In this document: piece by piece, positions 44,128 to 52,255 of the stretch | Position numbering within the stretch: the first letter of the stretch is position 1 | Layout of the letters: every line of letters starts with the position of its first letter | NCBI GenBank assembly: GCA_017463865.1 | Contig: JAFTOI010000029.1 | Span: 25,994-89,993 of the forward strand | Reading direction: 5' to 3' | DNA: 64,000 bases | Source of the DNA: Clostridia bacterium | GTDB lineage: Bacteria > Bacillota > Clostridia > Oscillospirales > CAG-272 | Program-made: the position numbers and the translations under genes | The notes under the pieces: model-generated | The model's input: the letters and a program-made list of their open reading frames with translations, nothing else | Told to the model about the DNA's origin: nothing | Databases searched by the model: none

Positions 44128-45645
44128 TCAATACTTCGCGTCCGAATTGACCGCCTCATCGCGGGTGATGCGATCGGCATCGGCGATGATCTTGTCCGCC
44201 ATCGAGCAAAGGATGTAGAACTGGCCCTCGCCGTTGATGGTCAGGTACGAGCGGCGCTCGGTATAGGGGTAGAATTTGTATTCCAGCGTCGTCGACTCGG
44301 TGACGATGGTCAGGGTCAGCTGGCAGTTTTCCGGGGTAGCCAGCTTCGCCATCTCGTCCTCGGTCATGGGCATGTCGCCCTCAATGGAGGCCGTCAGCAG
44401 GGTCTTGTAGAACTGGCGGAAGTTGGGCACATCAGGCTTGCGGCCGTTGGACTTCTGCGTAACGACCAGCTCCTGACCCTTGCCCTCGAGCAGATAGGTC
44501 TCGCTGAAGCTGGGGGACTCGACGCGGATCTCCTTAACATAGTCGATGTTGCGCTGGAAGATGGGCGCATCGACCCAGTCGATGAAGCTCCAGGTCAGGA
44601 AATCCCAGTCAGAGCCGGCGACCTCGATGATCTGATTGAACAGCGCCGAGGCCACATAATAGTTGCCCGATGCGTTGCGTTCGCTGATGAGCAGCATGTT
44701 TTCGATCGTACCCAGGTCGGGGTCGGGATACTCATAATAGATCGAGTAGGCGGGGTTGTCGAGGCCGTACTGGGCAGCCGCCTCGTCGGTGATGCCCAGC
44801 TTGACACAGCGGACAGGCGTCGACGAGTAGAAGGTCTGCAGCACCGTGTCATAGCCGGTGGAGGAGACGTTGTACCCCTCGGGCTCGAGCATGCGGTAGA
44901 CCTGGTTGCTGTACTCACCCGCGCGCTCCTCCTCGGAGTTGTAGCCGATGGCGATGCGCACCTCCTCGCCCTGCATGAGGACGAAGTTATCGACCATGAA
45001 GTAGCTGTTCATGCTCATCGGCCAGCAAGCCATGGGGGTGACCATGTCCTCGATGGGGGCGAGGATGGTCTTGGCAAGGTCAGTGTTGAGGACATAGACC
45101 TCATTGCGGCCGGCATACTTGGCGTAGTAGCCGCCCTCGGTGACCAGCGGGTAGCCGATGTAGACGGTGTGCTCGACGCCGGACGTCGTGGTCAGCTTGT
45201 ACCATGACGGCTCCCAGACGGTGCCGTCCTCCTGCGTGAGCTTGACCAGGCCGTACTCCTCCATCGAGATGGGGTTGTCGACCTTGGCCATCGACAGGGT
45301 GTAGCCCGACGAGACAACGAGGGAAGACATCAGCTCCTGGTCATAGGAGATCCCCTCGAAGCCCTTGATCTGGAAGTTGTCGTCGGCGTCGCGGTAGAAA
45401 GTGTAGGTGCCGTAGCTGTTGTGCACCTCGATGGAACGGATATTCGCCTTTTCGGTGTGCTCGAACATCAGGATGCGGTCGTTGAAGCCGACCACCTCAC
45501 CCGGCGCGTCGGTCTCGCGCGGCTCGGTCGTCTCCTCCGGCTCGACCCGGTCAACGATCGGCTTGACCACCACAAAGTAGCCGGCGATCAGCACCGCGAA
45601 GAGCACCGCGAGAACGATAATGATGATTTTCTGCTTTTTGATCAT
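44128..45645 (-). CDS. DUF4340 domain-containing protein
   Basis: ORF 44128..45678 trimmed to ATG 45645; single N-terminal TM (MIKKQKIIIIVLAVLFAVLIAGYFVV); usual position downstream of a GldG-like gene. Confidence 0.7.
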   Translation of the reverse strand: MIKKQKIIIIVLAVLFAVLIAGYFVVVKPIVDRVEPEETTEPRETDAPGEVVGFNDRILMFEHTEKANIRSIEVHNSYGTYTFYRDADDNFQIKGFEGISYDQELMSSLVVSSGYTLSMAKVDNPISMEEYGLVKLTQEDGTVWEPSWYKLTTTSGVEHTVYIGYPLVTEGGYYAKYAGRNEVYVLNTDLAKTILAPIEDMVTPMACWPMSMNSYFMVDNFVLMQGEEVRIAIGYNSEEERAGEYSNQVYRMLEPEGYNVSSTGYDTVLQTFYSSTPVRCVKLGITDEAAAQYGLDNPAYSIYYEYPDPDLGTIENMLLISERNASGNYYVASALFNQIIEVAGSDWDFLTWSFIDWVDAPIFQRNIDYVKEIRVESPSFSETYLLEGKGQELVVTQKSNGRKPDVPNFRQFYKTLLTASIEGDMPMTEDEMAKLATPENCQLTLTIVTESTTLEYKFYPYTERRSYLTINGEGQFYILCSMADKIIADADRITRDEAVNSDAKY

Positions 45646-45678
45646 GCTTGTCAGCCTTTCTTGCTTGCCTGCAAGCAC

Positions 45679-47181
45679 TTACGCATACTTGCGGCGGATG
45701 ATGACGTACAGACCGACACCAAAGGCGATCACAGCGGGGACAACGGTCAGGACGACGGTATAGGTGTTTGCATCGGCGGTGGTCAGGCCCTCAATCTCGA
45801 CCTGTGCAAAAGGCTTGCGTTTGATATCGGAGGGAACCTTCTCCTTACCGACCGAGCGGAAGGTCGCATACAGCAGCTCGCCGTTGCCGTAGGTGTTGGA
45901 CTGCAGCAGATTTGCCGTTGCATACTCGGTGGAGGGGCAGACCACAACATAAGACTGGAAGGTCTCGTTGTTGATGACCTGGGTCTCCGAGGTGATGGTC
46001 ATCAGGTTATAGGGTTCGATCTCAGTGGCCGAGCTGACCGCCTTACCGTTGGCGTAAGCCTGTGCGGTGGGGGCGGAGGTGAAGATGCTCGAGATCTCAC
46101 GCGAAACGCCGTTGGAGTAGTAAGCACCAGCCGAGCTGTAGCCGTCGGCAAGGGTGATGTGACCGGTGTTGTCGAAGATGGTCTTAGGCGGAACAGCGCG
46201 AGTCTCGCGCAGCTCCTGATGGATAGAGGCACCAAGCGTCTCACCGGTGGTGTAGGTACCGATGATGGCGTAGCCGTCGGTCGCCACCGAGTTCTCGGTG
46301 TCACGAACCAGCTCGCGGTTGACCACGACGCCCCACTCCTCGAGGTACTCCTCAAAGTTGGGCATAGCGGGCGTGTCGGGATTCATGAAGACCATCATCG
46401 AGTTGTTGCCGTCGAGGAACTTGTCGATCTTCTCGATCTCGGAGACATCGGAGACGCCGTCCTTGACCTGGAAGTCGGTCTGCGGGTTGTAGACGACCAG
46501 CAGGCGGCAGTCCTCGGGGATCTCTTCCTTGGTCAGATCGATCCACTGCATGGTATAGCCGGCGTCACCGATCATCTGGAGCAGCTCATAGTCGTAGAAG
46601 CCCTCACCGTGGGTGTTGGTGATGCAGGCGATGGGAGAATCGGCCTGGGTGACCGAAAGAATGGTCGAGACGAACTTGCGCTCGCCGCTGTAGGCCCAGG
46701 GCTCGGTCGACTCGGTGTCGGAGAAGGTATAGAAGGCCTGCACGCTCAGCACACGGAACTCGGTGCCGCTCTCGACGATGACCGAGTAGGTCTTGATCGA
46801 GGAGCCTGCCATGGTGTACTTCTGCACAGCCGAGCGGTTGTTGATGATGTTGATGGTCTCAACCGAGATGTTGGGCATGCGCTCCTCGAACTGCAGCGCG
46901 GTGTTGTAGACAATGCGCTGCATCTCTGTCCCCTCAAGGGTATCGGGGTCGGAGCAGAAGATGATCTTGACGTCCTTGTCGACATCCTCAAGGGCAGCCC
47001 AGGTGGCGTCAGAGACGGTGTACAGCTCCTCGCTGGTCATGTCGATATACCACATGAACTTCTGCGCGAGGGCCGTGAAAATGACGTTGAAGATAATAAC
47101 AGCGGCGATGAAGAAGCAGGTCAGCACCACCGAAACGCTGCCGTAACGGAACTTACGGGAGTGCATAAACGAACGGTTCAT
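45679..47181 (-). CDS. GldG-like ABC-transporter-associated protein
   Basis: 500 aa; N- and C-terminal TM anchors around a large extracytoplasmic domain; follows an ABC-2 permease. Confidence 0.7.
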   Translation of the reverse strand: MNRSFMHSRKFRYGSVSVVLTCFFIAAVIIFNVIFTALAQKFMWYIDMTSEELYTVSDATWAALEDVDKDVKIIFCSDPDTLEGTEMQRIVYNTALQFEERMPNISVETINIINNRSAVQKYTMAGSSIKTYSVIVESGTEFRVLSVQAFYTFSDTESTEPWAYSGERKFVSTILSVTQADSPIACITNTHGEGFYDYELLQMIGDAGYTMQWIDLTKEEIPEDCRLLVVYNPQTDFQVKDGVSDVSEIEKIDKFLDGNNSMMVFMNPDTPAMPNFEEYLEEWGVVVNRELVRDTENSVATDGYAIIGTYTTGETLGASIHQELRETRAVPPKTIFDNTGHITLADGYSSAGAYYSNGVSREISSIFTSAPTAQAYANGKAVSSATEIEPYNLMTITSETQVINNETFQSYVVVCPSTEYATANLLQSNTYGNGELLYATFRSVGKEKVPSDIKRKPFAQVEIEGLTTADANTYTVVLTVVPAVIAFGVGLYVIIRRKYA

Positions 47182-47201
47182 ATTCAGTTACACTCCTTTC
47201 A

Positions 47202-47954
47202 TCAACCCCAGCGGCGCTTTTCGTAAACGCGGATGGTGAGAAAAACAAAGACGGCGGAAATGGATAAGTAATAGACCAGCGCATTGAAGTCAAAGATGCC
47301 GTAGCCGAAGTTGGCGAAGCGGTCGAGGACCGAGAACCAGCTGATGATGAAGCGAACGACATAGTTGTCAATGATGCTGTTGAGGGCACCGACAAGGATC
47401 ATGGCCAGGATGATCGCCATAGTCGAGACAGCGGCGACCAGCTGATTTTCGGTCAGGGCCGAAATGAAGACACCCACCGAGATGAAGGCCATGCCGATGA
47501 GCAGGACACCAACAAGGTTGCCGACAATGATGGCCGTGTTGGGACCGAGCTTCGAGGTGATCTCGGCGTATTCGTCGGCGGCACGGGCTTCGTCAGCCAG
47601 CTTATAGAGAGGATAGAAATTGATGCAGGAAACGAGCACAGTACCGGCGAACATGGTGAAGGCCGCGAGGAACTTTGCCATGACCATACCGGTGATTGTG
47701 ACGGGAGCAGTGAGCAGCAATTGCTCGGTGCGCAGCTTGCGCTCCTCGGAGAAGAGCTTCATGGTGAGCAGCGGGATCAGCACCACCAGGGCACAGATCA
47801 TGATGGTGAAGTAGAGTGAGACTTCGTAGCTCTGCATCTGCAGCGTGGTGAAGCAGCAGACGAAAGCCGAGATGGCCAGAAACACCGCGATGTAGACATA
47901 GCCGATCGCGTTGATGAAATAGGAGCGCATCTCTTTTTTGTAGATCGCAAACAT
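47202..47954 (-). CDS. ABC-2 type transporter permease (GldF-like)
   Basis: 250 aa; six TM segments; MFAIYKKEMRSYFINAIGYVYIAVFL. Confidence 0.8.
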   Translation of the reverse strand: MFAIYKKEMRSYFINAIGYVYIAVFLAISAFVCCFTTLQMQSYEVSLYFTIMICALVVLIPLLTMKLFSEERKLRTEQLLLTAPVTITGMVMAKFLAAFTMFAGTVLVSCINFYPLYKLADEARAADEYAEITSKLGPNTAIIVGNLVGVLLIGMAFISVGVFISALTENQLVAAVSTMAIILAMILVGALNSIIDNYVVRFIISWFSVLDRFANFGYGIFDFNALVYYLSISAVFVFLTIRVYEKRRWG

Positions 47955-47978
47955 TTCGTTTTTTCCTTTCCTTTTCGT

Positions 47979-49031
47979 TTAGGCTTCAGTGTCGGGCTTG
48001 TCCTCTTCGGTGCGGGACTGCTTTTCGGCAGTCGACTGCATGACCGACTGGGCGACCTTCTTCTCGACGCTGACGCGGCCGCGGGTCTTCTTCTTCTCCT
48101 CGCTGGTGTCGACGATGGTGATGAAGATGTCCTCGAGGCTCATGCCGAGGGCTTCGAGACCGATCATCGGCCAATTCTTCTCGGCCAGGGTGTAGAAGAG
48201 GTTCTTGCGGATATCAACGCCGACCTCGCTCTCGATCATGTAGGTATAGGCGTCGCCGTCGCGCTCGGCCAGGGCCTCGGCGTAGACGATGCCGGGCTTA
48301 GACTTGAGCATGGCGAGCACCTCGCGCTGCGGGCCGGCGATCTTGACGTTGAAGCGGCGCTTGCTCTCAACGGCGCGGGTGATGTTCTCGGTCAGCTCGT
48401 CCGCGACGATCTTACCCTTGTTGATGATAACAATGCGATCGCAGACGGCCTGCACCTCCTGCAGGATGTGGGTCGAGAGGATAACGGTATGGTCGCGGCC
48501 AAGGTTGCGGATGAGGTTGCGGATCTCGATGATCTGCTTGGGGTCAAGGCCGACGGTCGGCTCGTCAAAGATGATGACCTTCGGGTTGCCGATCAGGGCC
48601 TGCGCGATGCCGACGCGCTGGCGGTAACCCTTGGAGAGGTTGCGGATGACGCGCTTGCGCACATCGGTGATCTTGACAACCTCGCAGATCTCGGCGAGGT
48701 GCTTCTCGCGGTTGAGGGTGCAGTTCTTGAGGTCATAGCCGAAGTTCAGGTACTCGTCGACAGTCATGTCGAGGTAGAGGGGGGGCTGCTCGGGCAGGAA
48801 GCCGATGAGCTTCTTGGCCTCCAGCGGGTTCTCGAGGACATCGAGGCCGCCGACGGTGACCGTGCCGGACGTGGCCGACAGATACCCGGTGAGGATATTC
48901 ATGGTCGTGGACTTGCCCGCGCCGTTCGGCCCGAGGAACCCGACAATCTCGCCCTCACCGACCGAGAAGCTGATGTCGTCCACGGCATAATTTGCACCGT
49001 AACGCTTGATCAGGTGGTCGATTTTAATCAT
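47979..49031 (-). CDS. ABC transporter ATP-binding protein (GldA-like)
   Basis: Walker A GPNGAGKST, signature LSKGYRQR, Walker B VIIFDEPTVGLD; acidic and basic C-terminal tail. Confidence 0.9.
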   Translation of the reverse strand: MIKIDHLIKRYGANYAVDDISFSVGEGEIVGFLGPNGAGKSTTMNILTGYLSATSGTVTVGGLDVLENPLEAKKLIGFLPEQPPLYLDMTVDEYLNFGYDLKNCTLNREKHLAEICEVVKITDVRKRVIRNLSKGYRQRVGIAQALIGNPKVIIFDEPTVGLDPKQIIEIRNLIRNLGRDHTVILSTHILQEVQAVCDRIVIINKGKIVADELTENITRAVESKRRFNVKIAGPQREVLAMLKSKPGIVYAEALAERDGDAYTYMIESEVGVDIRKNLFYTLAEKNWPMIGLEALGMSLEDIFITIVDTSEEKKKTRGRVSVEKKVAQSVMQSTAEKQSRTEEDKPDTEA

Positions 49032-49070
49032 AATCGCAATCCTTTCTGAATTGAATCAAAGTAATAAATC

Positions 49071-49145
49071 GGGAAACTTCGGCGTCTGATGATGGTAGCT
49101 GTGGCCAATGGCCAGAGCGCTCCGACTCGCGCGGGAGCGCGAAAA
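49071..49145. repeat. REPIN/MITE-like repeat, solo right-arm fragment (copy E)
   Basis: GGGAAACTTCGGCGTCTGA(T)GATGGTA ... CTCGCGCGGGAGCGCGAAAA matches the right arm and terminus of copies A and D. Confidence 0.7.
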
Positions 49146-49263
49146 CCGTCAGCAAACGCATTGATGCGTATTGTACATTGTACCACAAAATCTTGAATAA
49201 TCCGTGAACATCTGCCGCCATTATACCGTACAAAGGTGACGGATGTGTGATTTTTTTGTGTGA

Positions 49264-50634
49264 TTATGCGCAATCTTGGATGATGGGCGCATCATTTCCG
49301 ATGGGTTTGATGACCTGCCGGTAGGTTTGCACGAAAAAGATGATACAGCAGACCAGCGACGCGAGCTCGGCGATGGGAAAGGCGAACCAGACGGCGTCGA
49401 GAATGCCTGTCCGGGCAAGGAGCCACGCGACAGGGAGCAGGACGACCAGCTGGCGGGCGATGGAGACGGTCATCGACAAAAATCCGCGGCCGAGGGCCTG
49501 AAGGGTGGACGTAATGGTGATGCTGAAGGCCGCGATGGGGAAATGGATCGAGATGATCCGCAGAGCGGGGATGCCGATGCCAAGCATGTTTTCGCTGGCG
49601 TTGAACATGAGCAGCAGCTGGCCGGGGATGATCTGCATCAGAAGGACGCCCAAGAGCATAAACCCAAGCGCAATGTAAGCGGCGTAGCGGATGACAGCGA
49701 TCATGCGGCTGCGATTGCGTGCGCCGTAGTTGTAGCTGAGGATGGGCACCATGCTGTTCGAGACACCGAAGTTGGGCATAAAAATGAAGGACTGGAGCTT
49801 GAAGTAAGCGCCGAAAACGGTGGCGGCGGTCTCGGTGAAGCCGATGAGGATCTTGTTCATGCAGAAGGTCATGACCGAGCCGATGGAGGCCATGACGATC
49901 GACGGGAAGCCGATGGAGTAGATCCGCTTGATGGTGGCCAGCCGCGGGCGGAAGCGGCGGAAGTCGAGCCTGATCTCGCGATTGAAGCGGGCATTGAGCC
50001 AGATACCGGCGATGGCGGCGATAATCTGGCCGATGACGGTGGCGATGGCTGCGCCGGCGACGCCCATATCAAAGGTGAAGATGAAGAGGGGGTCAAGGAT
50101 GATATTCAGCACCGCGCCGATGCCCTGGGTGTACATACTCAGCACCGTGCGGCCGGTGGCCTGCATCAGCTTTTCGAAGATGAGTTGGACAAAGAGTCCG
50201 AAGGAGAAGACGGTGACGATGAACATGTAATCGGTGCCGCCCTCGACGATCTCGGCGACGTCGGTCTGAACGGTAAAGAACACGCGCGAGCCGAACAGGC
50301 CGAGGATGAGAAACAGGACATAGCTGAGCGCGGCGAGGAAGCAGCCGTGCTCGGCAAGGCGGTTGGCCTCCTTCTGATTTTTCTCGCCCAGCGCGCGGGA
50401 GAGCAGCGCGCTGACACCAACGCCAGTGCCGGTGCCGACGGCGATCATCAGGTTCTGGATGGGGAAAGCGAGGGAGACAGCGGTTAGCGCGTTCTCGCTG
50501 ATGCGGGAGACGTAGATGCTGTCGACGATGTTGTAGAGCGCCTGAACGAGCATCGACACGATCATGGGCAGCGCCATGGTGACGAGCAGGCGGAAAACAG
50601 GCTGTGTACCCATCTTGTTTTCGGTTTGGTTCAT
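49264..50634 (-). CDS. MATE family efflux transporter
   Basis: ORF 49264..50667 trimmed to ATG 50634; LLVTMALPMIVSMLVQALYNIVDSIYVSRI and 12 TM segments. Confidence 0.85.
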   Translation of the reverse strand: MNQTENKMGTQPVFRLLVTMALPMIVSMLVQALYNIVDSIYVSRISENALTAVSLAFPIQNLMIAVGTGTGVGVSALLSRALGEKNQKEANRLAEHGCFLAALSYVLFLILGLFGSRVFFTVQTDVAEIVEGGTDYMFIVTVFSFGLFVQLIFEKLMQATGRTVLSMYTQGIGAVLNIILDPLFIFTFDMGVAGAAIATVIGQIIAAIAGIWLNARFNREIRLDFRRFRPRLATIKRIYSIGFPSIVMASIGSVMTFCMNKILIGFTETAATVFGAYFKLQSFIFMPNFGVSNSMVPILSYNYGARNRSRMIAVIRYAAYIALGFMLLGVLLMQIIPGQLLLMFNASENMLGIGIPALRIISIHFPIAAFSITITSTLQALGRGFLSMTVSIARQLVVLLPVAWLLARTGILDAVWFAFPIAELASLVCCIIFFVQTYRQVIKPIGNDAPIIQDCA

Positions 50635-50681
50635 GAAACACCTCGGAAATGCAATTTTGCCGAACAAGCGGCAGACAGTTT

Positions 50682-50710
50682 AGTATATCATATTTCCCGA
50701 CGATATGCAA
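50682..50710 (-). promoter_or_regulatory. putative promoter of the MATE gene
   Basis: Minus strand TTGCAT (50705-50710), 17 nt, TATACT (50682-50687). Confidence 0.45.
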
Positions 50711-50713
50711 CAG

Positions 50714-50753
50714 CAAAAAGAAGGAATTCCGCAAGTTTTTGCGGAATTCCTTC
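50714..50753 (-). terminator. intrinsic terminator of the MerR unit
   Basis: GAAGGAATTCCGC-loop-GCGGAATTCCTTC followed by TTTTTG on the minus strand. Confidence 0.8.
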
Positions 50754-50754
50754 T

Positions 50755-51240
50755 TCAATTAATAAAATCATCTTTTTTCCACACCCCGCGCGCTTCGCGC
50801 TCCAACTGTCGTTTGCGCTCAGCCTCTTCCTCGGCATAGCGCGCAGCCGCCATTTTGCGGATCGACCATGCACCCGCAATGCATGCCGCGCCAAGCCCAA
50901 GCATCAGGACAAGCACCGCAAGAAGGATCTTGGCGAGATCGGGAAGGCAGAAGATGAGAAACACCTCCGGTACAGCAGCGACCACATAGGTCAGCCCGCG
51001 GTAACGATAGAGAACGACCCGCTCAGCGTATGGAATATCCGCATCGCTTGTGTGGAGCATTTCCCGCCCGCTGTCAGCAAAGCGCAGGTCAGTGAGGCTG
51101 AAGTACAGGATAAATACCACGGCTGCCAGCGGAACAACAGAGGCTACACTGATATGCAGGATCGCACCGCTGGTCGCGGGGATGAGCGCAGCCAGCCCGA
51201 CGGCAAGGACGGCAGAAACGATGATGCTGATCTTCTTCAT
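50755..51240 (-). CDS. hypothetical membrane protein (161 aa)
   Basis: Four predicted TM segments plus a charged C-terminal tail; start lies 3 nt after the upstream stop. Confidence 0.6.
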   Translation of the reverse strand: MKKISIIVSAVLAVGLAALIPATSGAILHISVASVVPLAAVVFILYFSLTDLRFADSGREMLHTSDADIPYAERVVLYRYRGLTYVVAAVPEVFLIFCLPDLAKILLAVLVLMLGLGAACIAGAWSIRKMAAARYAEEEAERKRQLEREARGVWKKDDFIN

Positions 51241-51243
51241 CCC

Positions 51244-51483
51244 TCACCCCTCCCCACTCTGATCGTGCGACGGATAGCAGACGCTCTTTTTGCCGCAGTG
51301 CAGACAGCGCAGGGCAATGTCATCGCCCACATGGAAAGCTAAGAAAGCCTTCCACCACCTTGACCGGAAGGTCTTCCCGCACGCCGGGCAGACATAGCGG
51401 GTCGAGGACAGCACCCGCGCGGAGCAGGCCACGCAAACGGCGCCGATGAGCAGGCCGAGCAGGGGCTCGAGCAATATATCCAT
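51244..51483 (-). CDS. small membrane-anchored zinc-ribbon protein
   Basis: ORF 51244..51522 trimmed to ATG 51483 (GGAGG upstream); one TM segment followed by CPACG...CLHCG. Confidence 0.55.
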   Translation of the reverse strand: MDILLEPLLGLLIGAVCVACSARVLSSTRYVCPACGKTFRSRWWKAFLAFHVGDDIALRCLHCGKKSVCYPSHDQSGEG

Positions 51484-51497
51484 GATGCACCTCCGTG

Positions 51498-52172
51498 TCA
51501 GATCTCGTAATATCCCATCCACAAGCCGTCGATTATGCCGCGGTGAAAAACGAACCGGATCTTCAGCCCCAGCCGCGTATAGCGGACATACTGCTCCACC
51601 ACGCGCGGGGATTCCGCGTCGTGCGCAAGCCGGTCATAGGCGACGAACTCGCCCAGCGGCTCCAGCGTGTCGGCGCGCACCACTGTGTAGGCGTCGCGCG
51701 GCATGTAGGCGGTCAGCTTCGGCCCGAGATGGCGGTACAGCGCCTCGGTGTCGCCCTCGACCACGGAGCGGGCACGGCGGGCGGCGATCTCGTCGTTCTG
51801 CGGCGACGGCACGTCAGGGGTGCGCACGTCCTGCGCGTAAAGGTCGTCCCCCGCCTCGAGGACGGCCAGTGCGTCGGTCAGCAGCTGAATCTCGCGGCGT
51901 CTGGTCTCGATGGAGGCAATGATCTCGGCTCGTCTTGCCAGCACAGCCTGGCGAAGATCGCCGTCCCGATGCTGCAGTGCGGCAATCGCCTTGACCGGGA
52001 GACCGAGGGCGCGCAGGGCCAGAACGCGGCGGATCTGCTCGAGCTGGGCGTCGGTGTATTGCCGGCGGGCGGAATCGGTTTTGGTGCTGGTGATGAGGCC
52101 CTTTTCCTCATAAAAGCGCAGGGTGCGCGAGGTCGTGCCGAGAAGCCCGCAGACCTCGTGGATGTCGTGCAT
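51498..52172 (-). CDS. MerR family transcriptional regulator
   Basis: ORF 51498..52181 (GTG) trimmed to ATG 52172 (GAGGTG upstream); HTH IHEVCGLLGTTSRTLRFYEEKGLI. Confidence 0.85.
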   Translation of the reverse strand: MHDIHEVCGLLGTTSRTLRFYEEKGLITSTKTDSARRQYTDAQLEQIRRVLALRALGLPVKAIAALQHRDGDLRQAVLARRAEIIASIETRRREIQLLTDALAVLEAGDDLYAQDVRTPDVPSPQNDEIAARRARSVVEGDTEALYRHLGPKLTAYMPRDAYTVVRADTLEPLGEFVAYDRLAHDAESPRVVEQYVRYTRLGLKIRFVFHRGIIDGLWMGYYEI

Positions 52173-52190
52173 GGTGTTCACCTCGAGGAT

Positions 52191-52221
52191 ATTATACCAC
52201 TTGACGTTACGTCAATGTCAA
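52191..52221 (-). promoter_or_regulatory. MerR-type promoter with a 19-nt spacer and an operator palindrome
   Basis: Minus strand TTGACA (52216-52221), 19-nt spacer containing TTGACGT-A-ACGTCAA (52201-52215), TATAAT (52191-52196). Confidence 0.7.
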
Positions 52222-52255
52222 GGGCTTCTGCGAAATTTTTCCGCGCGCCCTTACA

